Shown here piece by piece: positions 25,678 to 27,766 of a stretch of 27,766 nt of DNA (positions are counted from its first letter, which is position 1; every line of letters starts with the position of its first letter). A program made the position numbers and the translations under genes. The notes below the pieces were generated by a model. It was not told where the DNA came from and did not search any database. It worked only from the letters and a program-made list of their open reading frames with translations. Location of the stretch: positions 1-27,766 of IMG/VR virus record IMGVR_UViG_3300049135_000200; one strand, 5' to 3'. Source of the stretch: a virus. Taxonomy: Duplodnaviria > Caudoviricetes.

Positions 25678-27252
25678 TCAGAGGTCGAAGAAGGCGAAGC
25701 CGGGAACGTTGTGCTCCTCGACCGGGTCAGGGGCGGCGATCCGCCACAGCGCGATGACCAGCGCCACACAGCCGTCGATCTTGCGCTTGGACTTGCCCTT
25801 GGACAGGGTGAAACCGCGCTCTCCGGGACGGATGGCGGCAGACTTGACGTGGGCGCCGAGATCGGGATCCCCGTCATGAACGACGTCGCCATTGACGACG
25901 GCCACCAGGGCGTGACCGCACGCTGGAGCCATCCGCTCAGGCCTCTGCGGAAACTCGACCATGTTGAAGCCCTCGTCTTCGAGCATCCGGGCGGGGACCT
26001 CGAAGAAGCGCGGGTCGTAGGTGACCTCAGTGACCGTGTAGGCGTTGGCCAGGTCGAACCGGATGTAGTCGATGACGGCGAGGTGGTCGATCTTCCCGCT
26101 GCCGTCGGGTTTCCAGATCCTGGCCTTGACCGCGACCTTGCCATCCGGCCGCTTCCAAGCAGCTAGGACGGCCGTCGAGTCGTGCTTCGAGGACATGTCC
26201 ACCGCCACGACCACGTCGGCCTTGTCGGGGATCGTGGCGTCACCGGCGCACTTGTCCCAGGCGCCCGGGTAGTCCTTAAGCCAGGAGTCTTCGGCGATGT
26301 CCACCCAGCGGTTGGCGTAGTAGCGCATCCACTCGTGCCGGGGCATCGACGGCTTGCCCCAGTCGTCGACCCGGTCGGCGATGTTCCACAGGACCCCGGC
26401 CGCCTTCGAGGCGGCGCGCACCGCGATGGCCCGCTGCTTGGGGTCCTCGTAGTCCAGGTCCTCGGGAGCCTCCTGCCAGTCGAACAGCAGGCGCGGCGCG
26501 AGCGAGGGATCCTTCAGCGCCTTCAGGCCGCGCTTGTACATGACGCCCAGCAGGGAGTGGTCCACGTCGAAACCAGCCGTCGACAGGTTCAGCACCCGCC
26601 CGGACCCGCGCGCCGTGTTGCGCTTCTTGGTCGACTTGGAGATGACCGTGTGGACGCGGGCGCTCTTCTCGCCGACGTCGCCCCACTCGTGCACCTCATC
26701 CGCGATGAACAGGTGCGGCAGGCCGCCCTCGTTCGTCCCGGCCATGGCCGCCACGCGCCGGATCTCGCCCGGCTGCCCGTCTCGGAACCGGATGACCTTG
26801 TCGTAGACGGCGAAGAACCCACACAGGGGCGCCTCGGTGATCTCGTCGTTCTGGCCGCCGACCATCTGTCCGGCCTTGGCGAACAGCTCGTTGGCCTGAT
26901 CGAGGGAAGCTGCCGCGATGTCGATCATTGGCGAGATGGGGGCGATCTGTGGCGGCCCTGCGAACTCCAGCAGGGCGATGGCCGCGATGAAGGTAGTCTT
27001 CCCGTCGCCCGTTGCCGCGCCGCGTACGCCCTCGTCGTAGCGCCACTGCTGGCACTGCGGGCAGTGCGAGTACCAGTCCCACAGGAACCGCTTCTGGTCC
27101 TCGCGCAGCCGGAACGGCTGGCCGAACGTGTCCCCTTCCGGGAAGCACAAGTTGTCCTGAATCCAGCGCACGGCCATGCCGCCGAGGGACGGCCACAGTG
27201 CGCCCGGGTCCGATGCCCACCCGCACGCCTGACAGGGCTGATCAGGCCCCAT
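25678..27252 (-). CDS. terL: Terminase large subunit
   Basis: Q-motif (LREDQ), Walker A-like ATGDGKTT, Walker B IADEVHEW, LSTAG, nuclease VDMSSKHDSTA, YDP, KIDGCVA. The start is probably ATG 27252 (GAGG RBS) rather than 27300. Confidence 0.93.
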   Translation of the reverse strand: MGPDQPCQACGWASDPGALWPSLGGMAVRWIQDNLCFPEGDTFGQPFRLREDQKRFLWDWYSHCPQCQQWRYDEGVRGAATGDGKTTFIAAIALLEFAGPPQIAPISPMIDIAAASLDQANELFAKAGQMVGGQNDEITEAPLCGFFAVYDKVIRFRDGQPGEIRRVAAMAGTNEGGLPHLFIADEVHEWGDVGEKSARVHTVISKSTKKRNTARGSGRVLNLSTAGFDVDHSLLGVMYKRGLKALKDPSLAPRLLFDWQEAPEDLDYEDPKQRAIAVRAASKAAGVLWNIADRVDDWGKPSMPRHEWMRYYANRWVDIAEDSWLKDYPGAWDKCAGDATIPDKADVVVAVDMSSKHDSTAVLAAWKRPDGKVAVKARIWKPDGSGKIDHLAVIDYIRFDLANAYTVTEVTYDPRFFEVPARMLEDEGFNMVEFPQRPERMAPACGHALVAVVNGDVVHDGDPDLGAHVKSAAIRPGERGFTLSKGKSKRKIDGCVALVIALWRIAAPDPVEEHNVPGFAFFDL

Positions 27253-27766
27253 CGACGACCTCACCGCTGACGATCCGCAGACGTGGGTCCGGGTCGTCAT
27301 CGTCCTCAGCGGCGCCCGGATCGCTGTAGCGGGCGTTCATCTGGGCCAGCGACCGCTGCTCGGAGATGGCAGCCAGGCCCAGCGAGGCGGCGTTCAGACC
27401 GCCGATGCCCAGCTGCTTCTCGCACCGCTCGACCACGTTTATGGCCTGCTCGGCGATCTTGTACAGCGGGTTCAGTACTTCCTGCCCCTGCGACCCCTCG
27501 ACCAGCGGAGACTGGTCCGCCTCCGCCACCGTCCGCAGGTAGCGATCCAGCGCGTCCACCCAGCGCAGCAGCACGACCTTGGCCGCCGGGGTGACCAGGT
27601 GCGCGGGCCGGTCCTCCCAGAACGCGTCCCACGCGGCCTTGGCGGGCTTGGACAGGCCGCGCGGAGGCGCGAACTTCTCCACCTTCAGGCCGGGAACCAC
27701 GCCGAGGACCTGCTGGCCGTTCCGCTTGTCCACGGCCGTGCCCGCGACCTTCTTCGCTCTGGGCAT
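27242..27766 (-). CDS. terS: Terminase small subunit (P27-like)
   Basis: PPRGLSKPAKAAW, GSQGQEVLNPL and EKQLGI motifs; directly upstream of terL. Confidence 0.85.
   Translation of the reverse strand: MPRAKKVAGTAVDKRNGQQVLGVVPGLKVEKFAPPRGLSKPAKAAWDAFWEDRPAHLVTPAAKVVLLRWVDALDRYLRTVAEADQSPLVEGSQGQEVLNPLYKIAEQAINVVERCEKQLGIGGLNAASLGLAAISEQRSLAQMNARYSDPGAAEDDDDPDPRLRIVSGEVVDGA

Larger units (their letters stand above)
5869..27766 (-). mobile_element. Siphovirus-type prophage or phage-plasmid: packaging, head, tail and Cre-like recombinase (continues beyond the right edge)
   Basis: Co-oriented, tightly packed and often overlapping genes in canonical order terS-terL-portal-protease-capsid-connector-tail tube-chaperone-tape measure-minor tails. 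No disrupting stops seen. Confidence 0.95.

Noticed and set aside
7037-27766. Gene transfer agent or tailocin
   Set aside because: The full head and packaging set plus linked recombinase and transfer genes fit an autonomous element; there is no sheath gene. A GTA-like role cannot be tested from sequence alone.

Overview
High-GC actinobacterial mobile element made of two convergent blocks. Right block (minus strand, about 7037-27766): an apparently intact siphovirus packaging and morphogenesis operon. It encodes P27-type TerS, TerL, an HK97-type portal, protease and capsid, head-tail proteins, two paralogous tail-tube genes, a tail assembly chaperone with a canonical -1 frameshift, a tape measure with an NlpC/P60 domain, and a long set of minor tail and fibre genes including three tandem paralogs. 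The operon ends in a terminator with no recognisable endolysin. It is followed by a Cre-like tyrosine recombinase with a lox/res-like inverted repeat just upstream. Left block (plus strand, 1-5430): an actinomycete plasmid/AICE-type transfer module. It encodes membrane proteins, a TraB-like FtsK/SpoIIIE translocase and an SpdB2/DUF2637-like membrane protein with a C-terminal HTH. A dense array of about 30 CAGTGA/TCACTG motifs runs from inside that last gene into the intergenic DNA. The best hypothesis (inference) is a phage-plasmid or prophage that also carries Streptomyces-type TraB conjugation machinery. All product calls come from motif recognition and gene order; no database searches were run.
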